From assembly GCA_964565715.1 (NCBI GenBank), contig CAZMGG010000011.1, positions 121-64,120 on the forward strand: a stretch of DNA of 64,000 nucleotides, in the 5' to 3' direction. The notes under the pieces are model-generated. The model was not told the DNA's origin. It did not search any database and saw only the letters and a list, made by a program, of their open reading frames with translations. The translations under genes and the position numbers were made by a program. Of this stretch, positions 12,197 to 21,482 are shown piece after piece (the first letter of the stretch is position 1; the number at the start of each line of letters is the position of its first letter). This DNA comes from an uncultured candidatus Brocadiaceae bacterium (GTDB taxonomy: Bacteria > Planctomycetota > UBA1135 > UBA2386).

Positions 12197-14677
12197 ATGC
12201 GCCTTCCCTCCCCGACGTGGTGCGCCCCTGCCCTGTTCGCGCTCCTCGGCGCCGCCCTCGCGGCGCAGCAGCCCACCGAGCCGCCGACCGAGCCGCCGCG
12301 CCACCTCGTCATCGTCACCGTCACCGGCCCGGCCCAGCTCCGCCAGGTGATGGCGCTCGAACCCGACCTCGCCAGCTGCCGGCAGCCGTTGCCCGGCCAG
12401 CGACGCCTGGAACTCATCGCCACCGACCAGGACCTGCAGCGCCTGCAGCAGGCGGGCATCGCCCACCGCGTCGCCATCCGCGACCTCGCCGCCTGGCACG
12501 CGGCCCAGCTCGCCCGCTTTCCGGTGCAAAACCAGGAGGACCTGACGCCGCCGATCGGCCAAGGCGCCATGGGCGGCCACTACACCCTGGCCCAGATGGA
12601 GGCGATCCTCGACTCGTTCGCCACCCAGTTCCCGCAGCTCTGCTCGCCGAAGACCTCGATCGGCCTGTCCGTCGAGGGCCGCCACATCTGGATGGTGAAG
12701 ATCTCGGACAACTGGCAGACCGACGAGAACGAGCCCGAGGTGCTCTACGACGCCCTGCACCACGCCCGCGAGCCGCTCTCGCTCGGCGCCACCCTGTTGT
12801 TCATGGACGAGCTGCTGACCGGCTACGGCACCGACCCCGTGGCGACCTTCCTGATCGACCAGCGCGAGCTCTACTTCGTGCCCTGCCTCAACCCCGACGG
12901 CTACGAGTACAACCGCCAGACCAACCCGAACGGCGGCGGCATGTGGCGCAAGAACCGCCGCAACAACGGCGACGGCACCTTCGGCATCGACCTCAACCGC
13001 AACTACGCGACGGCCTGGTCGGCGCCCAACGGCGGCAGCTCCGGCGCCACCAACAGCGACACCTACCGCGGCCCCGCGCCCTTCTCCGAGCCCGAGACCC
13101 AGGCCATCGAGGCGTTCGCCGCCTCCCGCCAGTTCGTGCAGGTGTTCACCACCCACACCTACACCGACGTGCTGCTGCGCCCCTGGGGCTGGCAGAACGG
13201 CGATCCGGCCAACGTCGCCGACTACGACGCCATGGGGCCGTTCCTGGTGGCCGAGAACGGCGTGCAGCAGGGCTCCATCAGCGCGCTGCTCTACATCGCG
13301 TCCGGCAGCGCCGTCGACCACCACCACACCGTCCGCGGCAGCTATGCCTGGACCGCCGAGCTGGGCCGTTCCAACGAGGGCGGCTTCTGGCCCGCCGGCC
13401 AGACCATCGTCGACATCGCCCGCCGCCACCAGCCGATGTTCCGCAAGGTCGCGCTCTGCGCCGGTCCGGCGCTGGACGCCACCGCGCTCACGGTGACCGA
13501 GGGCCCCGGCAGCAACCAGAACCAGCGCGTCGAGGCCGGCGAGACCGGTCTGGTCACTCTCACCGTGCAGAACGTCGGCGTCGGCGCCAGCTCGGCCCTC
13601 GTCGACCTGCTGCCGGTGAGCCCGGGCCTGCAGATCCTGACCGCCAACTTCGCCATCGGCTACGTGCCGGCCTTCGGCTCGGTGCCCCTGCCGCAGCCGC
13701 TCTCGTTCGCCGTGCCCGCCAACTTCCCGCTGCCGGTGGCGCAGCTCAAGGTCCGCCTCACCGGCGGCGGCCGCACCGTCGAGCTGCCCCTCGACCTGCC
13801 GCTGGTCGCGCCGCGCCTCCTGGTCGCCGACGACTTCGAGCAGGATCGCGGCTTCGCCCGCGCGCCGGCCGGCACCGCCACCACGGGCCTCTGGGAGCGC
13901 AGCACGCCGCAGCAGACGGTGAACGCCAGCGTCGTGATCCAGCCCGGCAGCCAGACCACGCCCGGCGGTTCGCGCTGCTGGGTCACCGACGGCCGCGCCG
14001 GCAGCAGTGCCGGCACCTACGACGTCGATGGCGGCTACACCGACCTCTGGTCACCGGAGCTGGACCTGCGCCACCTCACCACGGCGACCATGCTGTTCGA
14101 CTGCTGGTACGCCGAGAGCCAGTCCAACGACGCGCTGGAGATCAGCGTCAGCCGTGACGGCGGCCAGAGCTGGTCGCTGGCCCACAGCCGCAGCACCTCC
14201 ACCGGTGCCTGGCTGCGCCTCGAGATCGACCTCGGCGCGCCGCTCACCGACCGCATGCGCCTGCGCGTGCGCGCCCAGGACCTGAACGCGTCCCTGGTCG
14301 AGGCCCTGATCGACCAGTGGGAGCTGCGCGGCTTCGCCCCGGATGGCGCCCTCACCGTGCTCGGCTCCGGCACGCTCGGCAGCCGCGTCCGACTCGGCCT
14401 GCTGGCGCCGCCCGCCGCCGCCATCGTGCCGCTCGGCAGCGCCGCGCCCGGCGGGCCGGTGACCTTCGCCGGCGTGCAGGGCGCGCTGCTGCTGGATCCC
14501 GCCGGCCTCGTGGCCCTGCCGCTGCAGCTCGCCGACGGCAACGGTCACGCCAGCCACGAGATCGCCATCCCCAACCTGCCGCCGCTGGTCGGCGCGACCT
14601 TCCACTTCCAGCAGGTCTTCGCCAGCGGTGCTGTGGCGGCGTTCGGCCAGAACGTGCAGGCCCTGACGCTGCGCTAG
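12197..14677 (+). CDS. secreted M14-family zinc carboxypeptidase with C-terminal beta-sandwich modules
   Basis: Signal peptide MRLPSPTWCAPALFALLGAALAAQ. HHAREP is the HxxE zinc motif. NPDGYEY...WRKNRR...GIDLNRNY are M14 blocks. The tail ...IAIPNLPPLVGATFHFQQVF...QALTLR is shared with three other proteins in the window. Confidence 0.8.
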   Translation: MRLPSPTWCAPALFALLGAALAAQQPTEPPTEPPRHLVIVTVTGPAQLRQVMALEPDLASCRQPLPGQRRLELIATDQDLQRLQQAGIAHRVAIRDLAAWHAAQLARFPVQNQEDLTPPIGQGAMGGHYTLAQMEAILDSFATQFPQLCSPKTSIGLSVEGRHIWMVKISDNWQTDENEPEVLYDALHHAREPLSLGATLLFMDELLTGYGTDPVATFLIDQRELYFVPCLNPDGYEYNRQTNPNGGGMWRKNRRNNGDGTFGIDLNRNYATAWSAPNGGSSGATNSDTYRGPAPFSEPETQAIEAFAASRQFVQVFTTHTYTDVLLRPWGWQNGDPANVADYDAMGPFLVAENGVQQGSISALLYIASGSAVDHHHTVRGSYAWTAELGRSNEGGFWPAGQTIVDIARRHQPMFRKVALCAGPALDATALTVTEGPGSNQNQRVEAGETGLVTLTVQNVGVGASSALVDLLPVSPGLQILTANFAIGYVPAFGSVPLPQPLSFAVPANFPLPVAQLKVRLTGGGRTVELPLDLPLVAPRLLVADDFEQDRGFARAPAGTATTGLWERSTPQQTVNASVVIQPGSQTTPGGSRCWVTDGRAGSSAGTYDVDGGYTDLWSPELDLRHLTTATMLFDCWYAESQSNDALEISVSRDGGQSWSLAHSRSTSTGAWLRLEIDLGAPLTDRMRLRVRAQDLNASLVEALIDQWELRGFAPDGALTVLGSGTLGSRVRLGLLAPPAAAIVPLGSAAPGGPVTFAGVQGALLLDPAGLVALPLQLADGNGHASHEIAIPNLPPLVGATFHFQQVFASGAVAAFGQNVQALTLR

Positions 14678-14681
14678 CCGC

Positions 14682-15434
14682 TCACCGCACGGTGAGCGAC
14701 AGCGGATTCGTCAGCAGGAAGCCGTTCACGTCGTACACCAGGGACTGCAGCTGCAGCCCCAGGTAGCGCAGCGCCGGCAGGTTCGGCACGTTCAGCTGCA
14801 GGCCGCTGCTGCGTCCCTGCGTGTCCAGCACGCCGAATGCGTTGGTGAAGGCGTCGCCGGTCATCGGCACCGACAGCGCCGTCGTCAGTCCCAGCACGGT
14901 GACCGGGTTGCGCGAATCCAACGACAGGGCCGCGAAGTACAACCCGCCGAACGAGCGCGGCGAAGTGACCTGCAGCGGCGTCGCAGCACCCACCGCGGCG
15001 TTGCCGCCGGCGGTCAGCGACGCGTCGTTGGGGCCCTGCACCGACAGCGCGAACCAGTCGGTGCGCAGGTTGTTGATGCCGGCATCCCACACCCGCGTCT
15101 CCATCCAGTAGATGCCGTTCGGCACCGGCACGCCGTTGGGATCGCGCAGGTCCCAGCTGAGCTGGTAGGTGCCGTTCGGCGGCACGTTGACCAGGAACTG
15201 GCCGCACCAGAGGTTCGGCCCGACCTGCGGGCCCTGCTGGCTGCCCTGGTGGATCCGCACCCAGGTGCACGGCGACGGCAGCACGACCCCCTGGCCGGTG
15301 CTGTCGGTGAGCGTGATGGTCACCGGCGTCAGCGGCGGCACCGGGTTGGGGCTGAACTCGAGCGAAACGGTCTGCGCCGGCAGCAACGCGGCGGCGGTGG
15401 ACAGGACGAGGAGGGTGGTGGTGTGGTGGATCAT
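14682..15434 (-). CDS. secreted hypothetical protein, tandem paralog A
   Basis: MIHHTTTLLVLSTAAALLPAQTVSLEFSPNPVPP...NVPNLPALRYLGLQLQSLVYD...NPLSLTVR. It aligns end to end by eye with the next gene. Confidence 0.7.
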   Translation of the reverse strand: MIHHTTTLLVLSTAAALLPAQTVSLEFSPNPVPPLTPVTITLTDSTGQGVVLPSPCTWVRIHQGSQQGPQVGPNLWCGQFLVNVPPNGTYQLSWDLRDPNGVPVPNGIYWMETRVWDAGINNLRTDWFALSVQGPNDASLTAGGNAAVGAATPLQVTSPRSFGGLYFAALSLDSRNPVTVLGLTTALSVPMTGDAFTNAFGVLDTQGRSSGLQLNVPNLPALRYLGLQLQSLVYDVNGFLLTNPLSLTVR

Positions 15435-15495
15435 GGTGAGGTTGCTCCGAACGGCCGAGGATAGCCCTGGAGCCTGCACCGGGAAGGGCCGGCGG

Positions 15496-16251
15496 TCAGC
15501 GCACGGTCAGCGACAGCGGGTTGGTGAGCGCGATGCCGTTCGGGTCCAGCAGCAGCGCCTGCAGCTGCAGCCCGCGGTGCCGCAGCGCCGGCAGGTTGGG
15601 CACCAGGAGCTGGAGGCCGTGCGAGTTGCCCATGCCGTCCATGCTGCCGAACGCGTTCAGGCAGGCGTCGCCGGTGATCGGCAGCGACAGGCAGGTGCGC
15701 AGGCCGAGGATGGTGGCGGGGTTGCGCGAATCCAGCGACAGCCCGCACCAGTAGAGCCCGCCCGGCGAGCCCGGCAGCGCGATCTGCAGCGGCGTGATCT
15801 GGCCGACGGCGGCCGGCCCGGCGGCGGTGAGCGACGGCGCGTTCGGATGCTGCACCGACAGGCAGAACCAGTCGGTGGTCACGCTGGTGAGGGTGGGGTC
15901 CCAGGTGATGGTCTCGATCCAGTAGGTGCCCCACGGCACGGACTGCTGGTTGCGGTCGAGCTGGTCCCACAGCAGCGAGAAGGTGCCGTTCGGCGGGATC
16001 TGGTGGACGGTGGGCGGGCAGAAGAAGCTGAGCCCGAGGTCGGGTCCGCGCTGGCTGCCGGCCCGGATCCGCAGCCACGTGCAGCGGGTCGGCAGCGCCC
16101 GGCCGACGCCGGTGCTGTCGGTGAGCGTGAAGGTGATCGGCACGCCGGGCGGCGCCGGGTTGGGCGCGAACTCGAGGGAGACGGCCTGGGCAGGGGTGAG
16201 GGCGGCGGTGGTGACGGCGGCGGTGAACAGGAGGGCGGCTGCGGTGCGCAT
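15496..16251 (-). CDS. secreted hypothetical protein, tandem paralog B
   Basis: MRTAAALLFTAAVTTAALTPAQAVSLEFAPNPAPP...LVPNLPALRHRGLQLQALLLD...NPLSLTVR. It is collinear with paralog A, including conserved Cys and Trp positions. Confidence 0.7.
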   Translation of the reverse strand: MRTAAALLFTAAVTTAALTPAQAVSLEFAPNPAPPGVPITFTLTDSTGVGRALPTRCTWLRIRAGSQRGPDLGLSFFCPPTVHQIPPNGTFSLLWDQLDRNQQSVPWGTYWIETITWDPTLTSVTTDWFCLSVQHPNAPSLTAAGPAAVGQITPLQIALPGSPGGLYWCGLSLDSRNPATILGLRTCLSLPITGDACLNAFGSMDGMGNSHGLQLLVPNLPALRHRGLQLQALLLDPNGIALTNPLSLTVR

Positions 16252-16358
16252 CGGATCGCGGTGGGGCAGCGGGCGATCGTAGCTGGTCGCGGCGTGCGGG
16301 GCGTGGGGCGTGGCGTTGTCGCGGGCGAGGCGGCCGGCGGCTACGCTGCGCGGTTCCG

Positions 16359-16435
<77 letters not shown>

Positions 16436-16441
16436 GCCCGG

Positions 16442-17992
16442 TCAGGACACCGCCACCGGCTCTGCGCAGCGCCGAGGAGCCACCGCCACCGGCGCCGTCA
16501 CGACCTGCCCCCCGACCAGCGCCAGTTCCCGGAAGCCGCACGGCAGCAGCAGGTGGCCGACCATCTCCACATCGCAGCGCCGGGCCTGCTGCAGCAGCAC
16601 CACCTGCCGTTCCCCCGCCTGCGCCGCCAGCTGGAACACCGCCGCCGAGGCGCCGGGGGACGCGGCGGCCGAGGCCACGAGCCGCATCTCCGCCACCGCC
16701 AGCACCAGCCCTTCCGCCGTGCGCACCTGGCCACGCGCCACGTCGATCGTCACCCTTGCCCGCGGCAGCCGCCGGCGCAGCGCGAAGGCCGCCCCGAGCC
16801 CGCCGATCCCGCCCAGGAACGCCAGCACCGCCATGCCGCCGGCGATGCCCCGATCACCGGCCTCGCTGCCCTGCTGGATGCGCGGGTGCGGCGATGGCCG
16901 GCGTTCCCGGTACTTCTTCACGAACGACGCCGGGTGCAGCGCGATCACCGCCAGCAACATCCCGCCGAGCAGCGCCGCCACTCCGAAGCCCGCGGCCGCG
17001 CGGCGTTCGAGCCGGCGCCGCTCGATGCTGGTCCCGAAGCGGACCACGCCACGCAGCCACAGCTGCACCTGCCCCCGTGCGGCCCGGCTGAGCGGCAGCA
17101 CCGCCAGCCACTGCCGCGATGCCGGCTCCTCCCCGCCGACCAGTTCCGGACACGCCGCCGGATCGGCCAGCTCCCGCCTGGGCCTCGCCGGCGCTGGCGG
17201 CGGCGTCACCTCCAGCGCGGCGGCCGGCGGGCGCAGGGCCCAGGCCAGGTCGGCCGCGCGCTCCCAGCGCATCCGGGCGATGCGGCGATCGAGGATCCCG
17301 TCCAGATCGACCAGATGACTGATCGCCATCAGCAGGTGGTAGTGCACGCCCACGGCGACCAGCAGGAACTCCAGTCGCGGGTCGTCGGGGAGATGGCCGA
17401 CCCAGGCGTCCATCGGCAGCACCACCGTGAAGCTGGCGAGCAGCATGGCCAGGATGGCGATGCCGTAGCAGCGGCCGAAGGCGCCGAGCGCGCGCAGCAG
17501 CGCCCGCGCGTTCTCGCCCGAGGGCGGTGCGCTGGCCTCGAAGGCCGTCCAGTGCGCCAGCGCGAACGCCAGGAACACCAGGGTCATCCAGCCCTGGCCG
17601 GCGGGGCTGCTGGCGACGGCCAGCGCGAGGAAGGGCAGCAGGAAGAGCGCGGTGACCAGGGTGCGCCGGCCGCGGCTGGCGATGCCACCGCGCAGGCGCA
17701 GGGCGAGGTCGCCGAGCAGCACCGCCAACGGCAGCAGGCAGCCGAAGCACGAGGCCAGGAACTCGTGCAGGGGCCACATGGCGAAGGTGCGCAGCTCGTC
17801 GGTGAGCCGGTAGCCCTGGCGGAGGAAGGCCAGCAGGGCGAGGGCGAACGACAAAGCCAGGAGCAGGTGCGGTGCGGCCGCGACGCTGCGGGCGGCGATC
17901 GAGCGGGTTTCCTGCGGCGGGGCGTCCACGCCCAGGCTGCTTCGGGGATCGGGCCGGGGGGACTGGAGGCGGAAGCCCGGGGCCGGCGGCAT
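16442..17992 (-). CDS. polytopic membrane protein, function unknown
   Basis: Several hydrophobic helices (LLLALSFALALLAFL, LASCFGCLLPLAVLLG, LVTALFLLPFLALAV, GIAILAMLLASFTVVL, LLGGMLLAVIAL, MAVLAFLGGIGGLGAAF). This is the C-terminal part of track ORF 16442..19216. The start is uncertain because the ATG at 17992 lies only 9 bp from the divergent gene. Confidence 0.5.
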   Translation of the reverse strand: MPPAPGFRLQSPRPDPRSSLGVDAPPQETRSIAARSVAAAPHLLLALSFALALLAFLRQGYRLTDELRTFAMWPLHEFLASCFGCLLPLAVLLGDLALRLRGGIASRGRRTLVTALFLLPFLALAVASSPAGQGWMTLVFLAFALAHWTAFEASAPPSGENARALLRALGAFGRCYGIAILAMLLASFTVVLPMDAWVGHLPDDPRLEFLLVAVGVHYHLLMAISHLVDLDGILDRRIARMRWERAADLAWALRPPAAALEVTPPPAPARPRRELADPAACPELVGGEEPASRQWLAVLPLSRAARGQVQLWLRGVVRFGTSIERRRLERRAAAGFGVAALLGGMLLAVIALHPASFVKKYRERRPSPHPRIQQGSEAGDRGIAGGMAVLAFLGGIGGLGAAFALRRRLPRARVTIDVARGQVRTAEGLVLAVAEMRLVASAAASPGASAAVFQLAAQAGERQVVLLQQARRCDVEMVGHLLLPCGFRELALVGGQVVTAPVAVAPRRCAEPVAVS

Positions 17993-18001
17993 GATGGCCG
18001 C

Positions 18002-19288
18002 ATGCGCCCGATCGGTTGCCTCCTTGCCGGTGTGTTCCTGACGATCCTGGCGCCAGCCCAGGAGGCCACGCCGCCGAGCCGGCAGCAGCAGGCGCTTGCC
18101 GGCGAACTGGCGACATTCGCCGAATGGTGCCAGAAGAACGGCTTTCCCGGGCAGGCGGCGGCCGTGGCCCGGGAGGCGCTGGATGCCGATCCCGCGCACG
18201 GCAAGGCCAAGGCGCTGGCGGCCGCCGGCGCCGGCGAGGATGCCGCCGACGAGGCGGCGGGGAAGAAGCTGGCACAACGGCGCGCCGGCGCGGGCAAGCG
18301 CATCGCCACGCTCTACTGCGAAGTGGCCGCCGGCGAGCCGCCGGGCCCGGCCGCCCGCGCGCCGCTGACGGCGGCGTTCCGCTGGGATGCGGGGACGGCC
18401 GATCGCCTCGTCGAGAGCGCGTGGAAGAAGGCGCTGGCCCAGGGCGAACACGCCCGGGCCCACGACCTGCTCAGCGTTGCCCTCGCGCACGAGACGCTGG
18501 GCGCGTCGAGTCGGGCGCAGCAGGCGCGCCGGAAGGCGCTGCACGAGTGCGAGATCGAGCTGGCCCAGAAGCAGCCGTTGCTGCGGCAGGTCCGCGGCCA
18601 TCCGATGCAGTACTGGCTGTCGCTGCCGCAGGGCTGGAGCGGTGACCGCGAGTGGCCGATCCTGGTGGCGGTCGAGGGGGCAGGCTGCAACTTCGTCCGC
18701 ATGAACGGGATCTACGGCGGCAGGGACAATCGCGACTTCGTGGTGGTGACGCCGTGCAGCCTCAGCAACACCAACTCGCTGCAGGAGCAGCGCGGCAACT
18801 ACCCGTATCCGCCGGAGCTGCTGGCCGAGTGGGACCGGCGCCGCATGGAGTTCGACGAAGCGGGGCTGCTGGCCCTGCTGGCCGACGTGCGCGCCGACTT
18901 CCGCGGTGAGGCGAAGGTCTTCGTCACCGGCTTCAGCGGCGGCGGCAACCTGACCTGGCAGATGGTGTTCGCGCATCCCGAACTGCTGGCGGCGGCGGCG
19001 CCGGCCTGCGCCAACTTCGCCGGGCTGCGGGGTGCGGCGTCGACGGCGCCGGAACGCGAGGCGCTGCCGATCCTGGTGGTGCAGGGGGAGGACGATCCGT
19101 TCCGGCCCGATGACAGCAAGAGCCCGCTGGATCGGCAGTGGGCGATGGCGCGGGCGCAGCTGGAGCAGCACGGCTATCGCGGCTGGAGCTACTCGCTGGT
19201 GCCGAAGACCGGGCACGCGCCGTGTGCGGCCGAGGTGCTGGCCTTCTTCCGCAAGGTGGCGGGGGCCTCGCCGACGAAGGATGGCTGA
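18002..19288 (+). CDS. secreted alpha/beta hydrolase (esterase / PHB-depolymerase-like) with helical N-terminal region
   Basis: Signal peptide MRPIGCLLAGVFLTILAPAQ. GFSGGG is a nucleophile elbow. A ...GHAP histidine lies near the C-terminus. Only the last 428 aa of track ORF 16424..19288 look real. Confidence 0.7.
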   Translation: MRPIGCLLAGVFLTILAPAQEATPPSRQQQALAGELATFAEWCQKNGFPGQAAAVAREALDADPAHGKAKALAAAGAGEDAADEAAGKKLAQRRAGAGKRIATLYCEVAAGEPPGPAARAPLTAAFRWDAGTADRLVESAWKKALAQGEHARAHDLLSVALAHETLGASSRAQQARRKALHECEIELAQKQPLLRQVRGHPMQYWLSLPQGWSGDREWPILVAVEGAGCNFVRMNGIYGGRDNRDFVVVTPCSLSNTNSLQEQRGNYPYPPELLAEWDRRRMEFDEAGLLALLADVRADFRGEAKVFVTGFSGGGNLTWQMVFAHPELLAAAAPACANFAGLRGAASTAPEREALPILVVQGEDDPFRPDDSKSPLDRQWAMARAQLEQHGYRGWSYSLVPKTGHAPCAAEVLAFFRKVAGASPTKDG

Positions 19289-19303
19289 GGTGCGGCGCGG
19301 CGG

Positions 19304-19789
19304 TCAGAGCTCGCGGGTCAGGAACACGCTGAAGGCGCTGTCCGGGTAGTCGCCGAAGCGCCCGCAGCGGACGAAGCCGGCGCTGGCGTAGAGGCGCAGC
19401 GCCGGCTCGAACGGTGGCCCGCAGCCGGTCTCCAGCCACAGGCTGCGGTAGCCGCGGGCGCGGGCTTCGGCCATCAGGTGCTGCAGGATGGCGCGGCCGA
19501 TGCCCTGGCCGAGGAAGGCGTCGGCGACGCGCATCGACTTGATCTCGCCGCGCACGGCGTCGAGCTGCTTGAGGGCGCCGCAGCCGGCGAGCTGGTCCTG
19601 CTGCCACACCGACCAGAAGGTCACATCGGGCTGCTGCAGTCGTTCGATGGCCATGGCATGCACGTGGCCCGGCGGCGAGTTCTCGTGCATGCCCGCGAGG
19701 TGACGCGCGATCAGGGCGCGGGTGGGCGCGCCGGTGAGATCGTCGATCCGGAACTCCAGGGGCGGGGCCATCCTGCGGGCGTGGATCAT
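19304..19789 (-). CDS. GNAT family N-acetyltransferase
   Basis: IKSMRVADAFLGQGIGRAILQHLMAEARARGYRSLWLETG...A(L)RLYASAGF is the acetyl-CoA binding motif A (Q/RxxGxG/A). Confidence 0.85.
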   Translation of the reverse strand: MIHARRMAPPLEFRIDDLTGAPTRALIARHLAGMHENSPPGHVHAMAIERLQQPDVTFWSVWQQDQLAGCGALKQLDAVRGEIKSMRVADAFLGQGIGRAILQHLMAEARARGYRSLWLETGCGPPFEPALRLYASAGFVRCGRFGDYPDSAFSVFLTREL

Positions 19790-19826
19790 GCCGCGGGGGC
19801 CCCGGGCGGGCGACGGCGCGCCGGGG

Positions 19827-20144
19827 TCAGTCCACCAGCAGGTCCTGCAGGCCCACCCGGTCCTGCACCTGGTGGCTCGCCTTGGCTGCCTCGGGCCAGC
19901 GCCGGATCGCCTGCTGCACCGTCTCGGCGGCGCGCTGGGCCGTGCTCAGCTTGAAGGCCGGATCGTTGGCATCGGCGTCCTCGGGCTTCTGGTCCACCGC
20001 CGGCCGCAGGAACGGATTGGCGTCGACGGTGTCCGGCAGGCTGAGGGACTTGCGCAGCTCGGCGCCTCCCATGCGTTCCTGGTGCTGCCGGATCAGCGGC
20101 TGCGGCAGGGCGCGGGACAGATCGGCGGGTAGGCGGGCTTCCAT
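19827..20144 (-). CDS. small hypothetical protein (105 aa)
   Basis: MEARLPADLSRALPQPLIRQHQERMGG...TAQRAAETVQQAIRRWPEAAKASHQVQDRVGLQDLLVD. The frame has high GC3. I recognise no family. Confidence 0.45.
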   Translation of the reverse strand: MEARLPADLSRALPQPLIRQHQERMGGAELRKSLSLPDTVDANPFLRPAVDQKPEDADANDPAFKLSTAQRAAETVQQAIRRWPEAAKASHQVQDRVGLQDLLVD

Positions 20145-20212
20145 GTCGCGGGATTCGACAGGGGCGGGGGTCGCCTTGAGCCGTGCGGTCCCGTTGTGGG
20201 ACGGCGCCGGGC

Positions 20213-21442
20213 TCAGTTCGCGGCGAAGCGGCGCGGGGCGAACAGCGGCAGGGCCGGATCGTCGGCGTGGCCGGCGGCGATCTGTTCGGCGAGGCAGGCG
20301 CCGCCGCGGAAGGCGAACGAGAGGCCGTAGCCGTTGAAGGCCAGTAGGGCGAACACGCCGGGCTTTTCGGGCAGGGCGCCGAGCAGCGGCAGGCCGTCCG
20401 GCGTGCCGGCCATGATGCCGGTCCACTGGTGGGGGAACGGGACGTCGCGCAGGGCGGGAAAGTGGCGCTGCACGTAGCCGAGCAGGTTCTGCGTGACCTC
20501 GGGATGGATGGCGTCGTCGTCGAGGATGCCCACCTCCTCGCCCTTCACGCTGTGACGCATGCCGCCGATGACGAAGCGCTGCCGGTGGACGCGGAAGTAC
20601 TCGTAGCAGAAGTTGGACGACATGGCGCAGGACGGGAAGCCCTGCAGCGTGCCGGCGTCGAGGTCGCCGGTGGCGATCACCTGGCCGCGGAACGGGAACA
20701 CGACGCGGGCGAGGAAGCCGGTGGGGTCGAGGTGGCGGGCGAGCGTCGACGTGCAGTGCACGACCACCGCGGCGCGCACGGTCTGGCCCGAGCGCAGGTG
20801 CACCGCGAAGTCGCCGGCGTCGCCGTCGATGGCCACGACCTCGATCGAGGTGCAGAGGGTGGCGCCGGCGTCGACGGCGGCGCGGGCGAGTCCGCGGACC
20901 ATGGCGGCGGGTTGCACGATGGCCTCGCCGGGCAGGAACAGGGCGCCGTGGAAGGCCGTGGCGGCGGGGAAGCGGGCGTGCACGGCGGCCTCGTCGAGCA
21001 GTTCGTGCGGCACGCGCTCGGCGCGGAGGAGGGCCGCGGCCTCGGCGAGTTCCTGGGCTTCGTGCGGTGTCTCGGCGAGCCGCAGGCCGCCCTGGTCGAC
21101 GAGGTCGCAGGCGACGTGGTGGGCGCGCAGCGCCGCCTTCAGGTCGTCGTGGTTGCGGCGCAGGAAGCCCCACAGGAGGCGCGCCCGCTCGGCGCCGAAC
21201 TGGCCGACGATGCGGTGGTAGTGCTCGCCGAGTCCGAGCAGGAGCTGGCCGTCGTTGCGGCCGCTGGCCCGGGCGGCGACGGTGCGGGCCTCGAGGACGG
21301 CGACGGCGGCGCCGGCCTGCGCGAGGTGCAGGGCGGTGGCGATGCCGGCGATGCCGCCGCCGACGATGGCCACATCGCAGCGCTCGGGCGGCGGCGCGGT
21401 GGGCAGCGTGTCGGGTTCCTGCAGCCAGAGGGAGAGGGGCAC
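20213..21442 (-). CDS. FAD-dependent oxidoreductase (DAO family)
   Basis: N-terminal CDVAIVGGGIAGIATALHLAQAGAAVAVLEAR is a GxGxxG dinucleotide fold. Its length of 409 aa is typical of the DAO family. Confidence 0.85.
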   Translation of the reverse strand: MPLSLWLQEPDTLPTAPPPERCDVAIVGGGIAGIATALHLAQAGAAVAVLEARTVAARASGRNDGQLLLGLGEHYHRIVGQFGAERARLLWGFLRRNHDDLKAALRAHHVACDLVDQGGLRLAETPHEAQELAEAAALLRAERVPHELLDEAAVHARFPAATAFHGALFLPGEAIVQPAAMVRGLARAAVDAGATLCTSIEVVAIDGDAGDFAVHLRSGQTVRAAVVVHCTSTLARHLDPTGFLARVVFPFRGQVIATGDLDAGTLQGFPSCAMSSNFCYEYFRVHRQRFVIGGMRHSVKGEEVGILDDDAIHPEVTQNLLGYVQRHFPALRDVPFPHQWTGIMAGTPDGLPLLGALPEKPGVFALLAFNGYGLSFAFRGGACLAEQIAAGHADDPALPLFAPRRFAAN

Positions 21443-21482
21443 GGCGTGGATCCTAGGCCGGCTCCGGGACCGGATGGAACTC

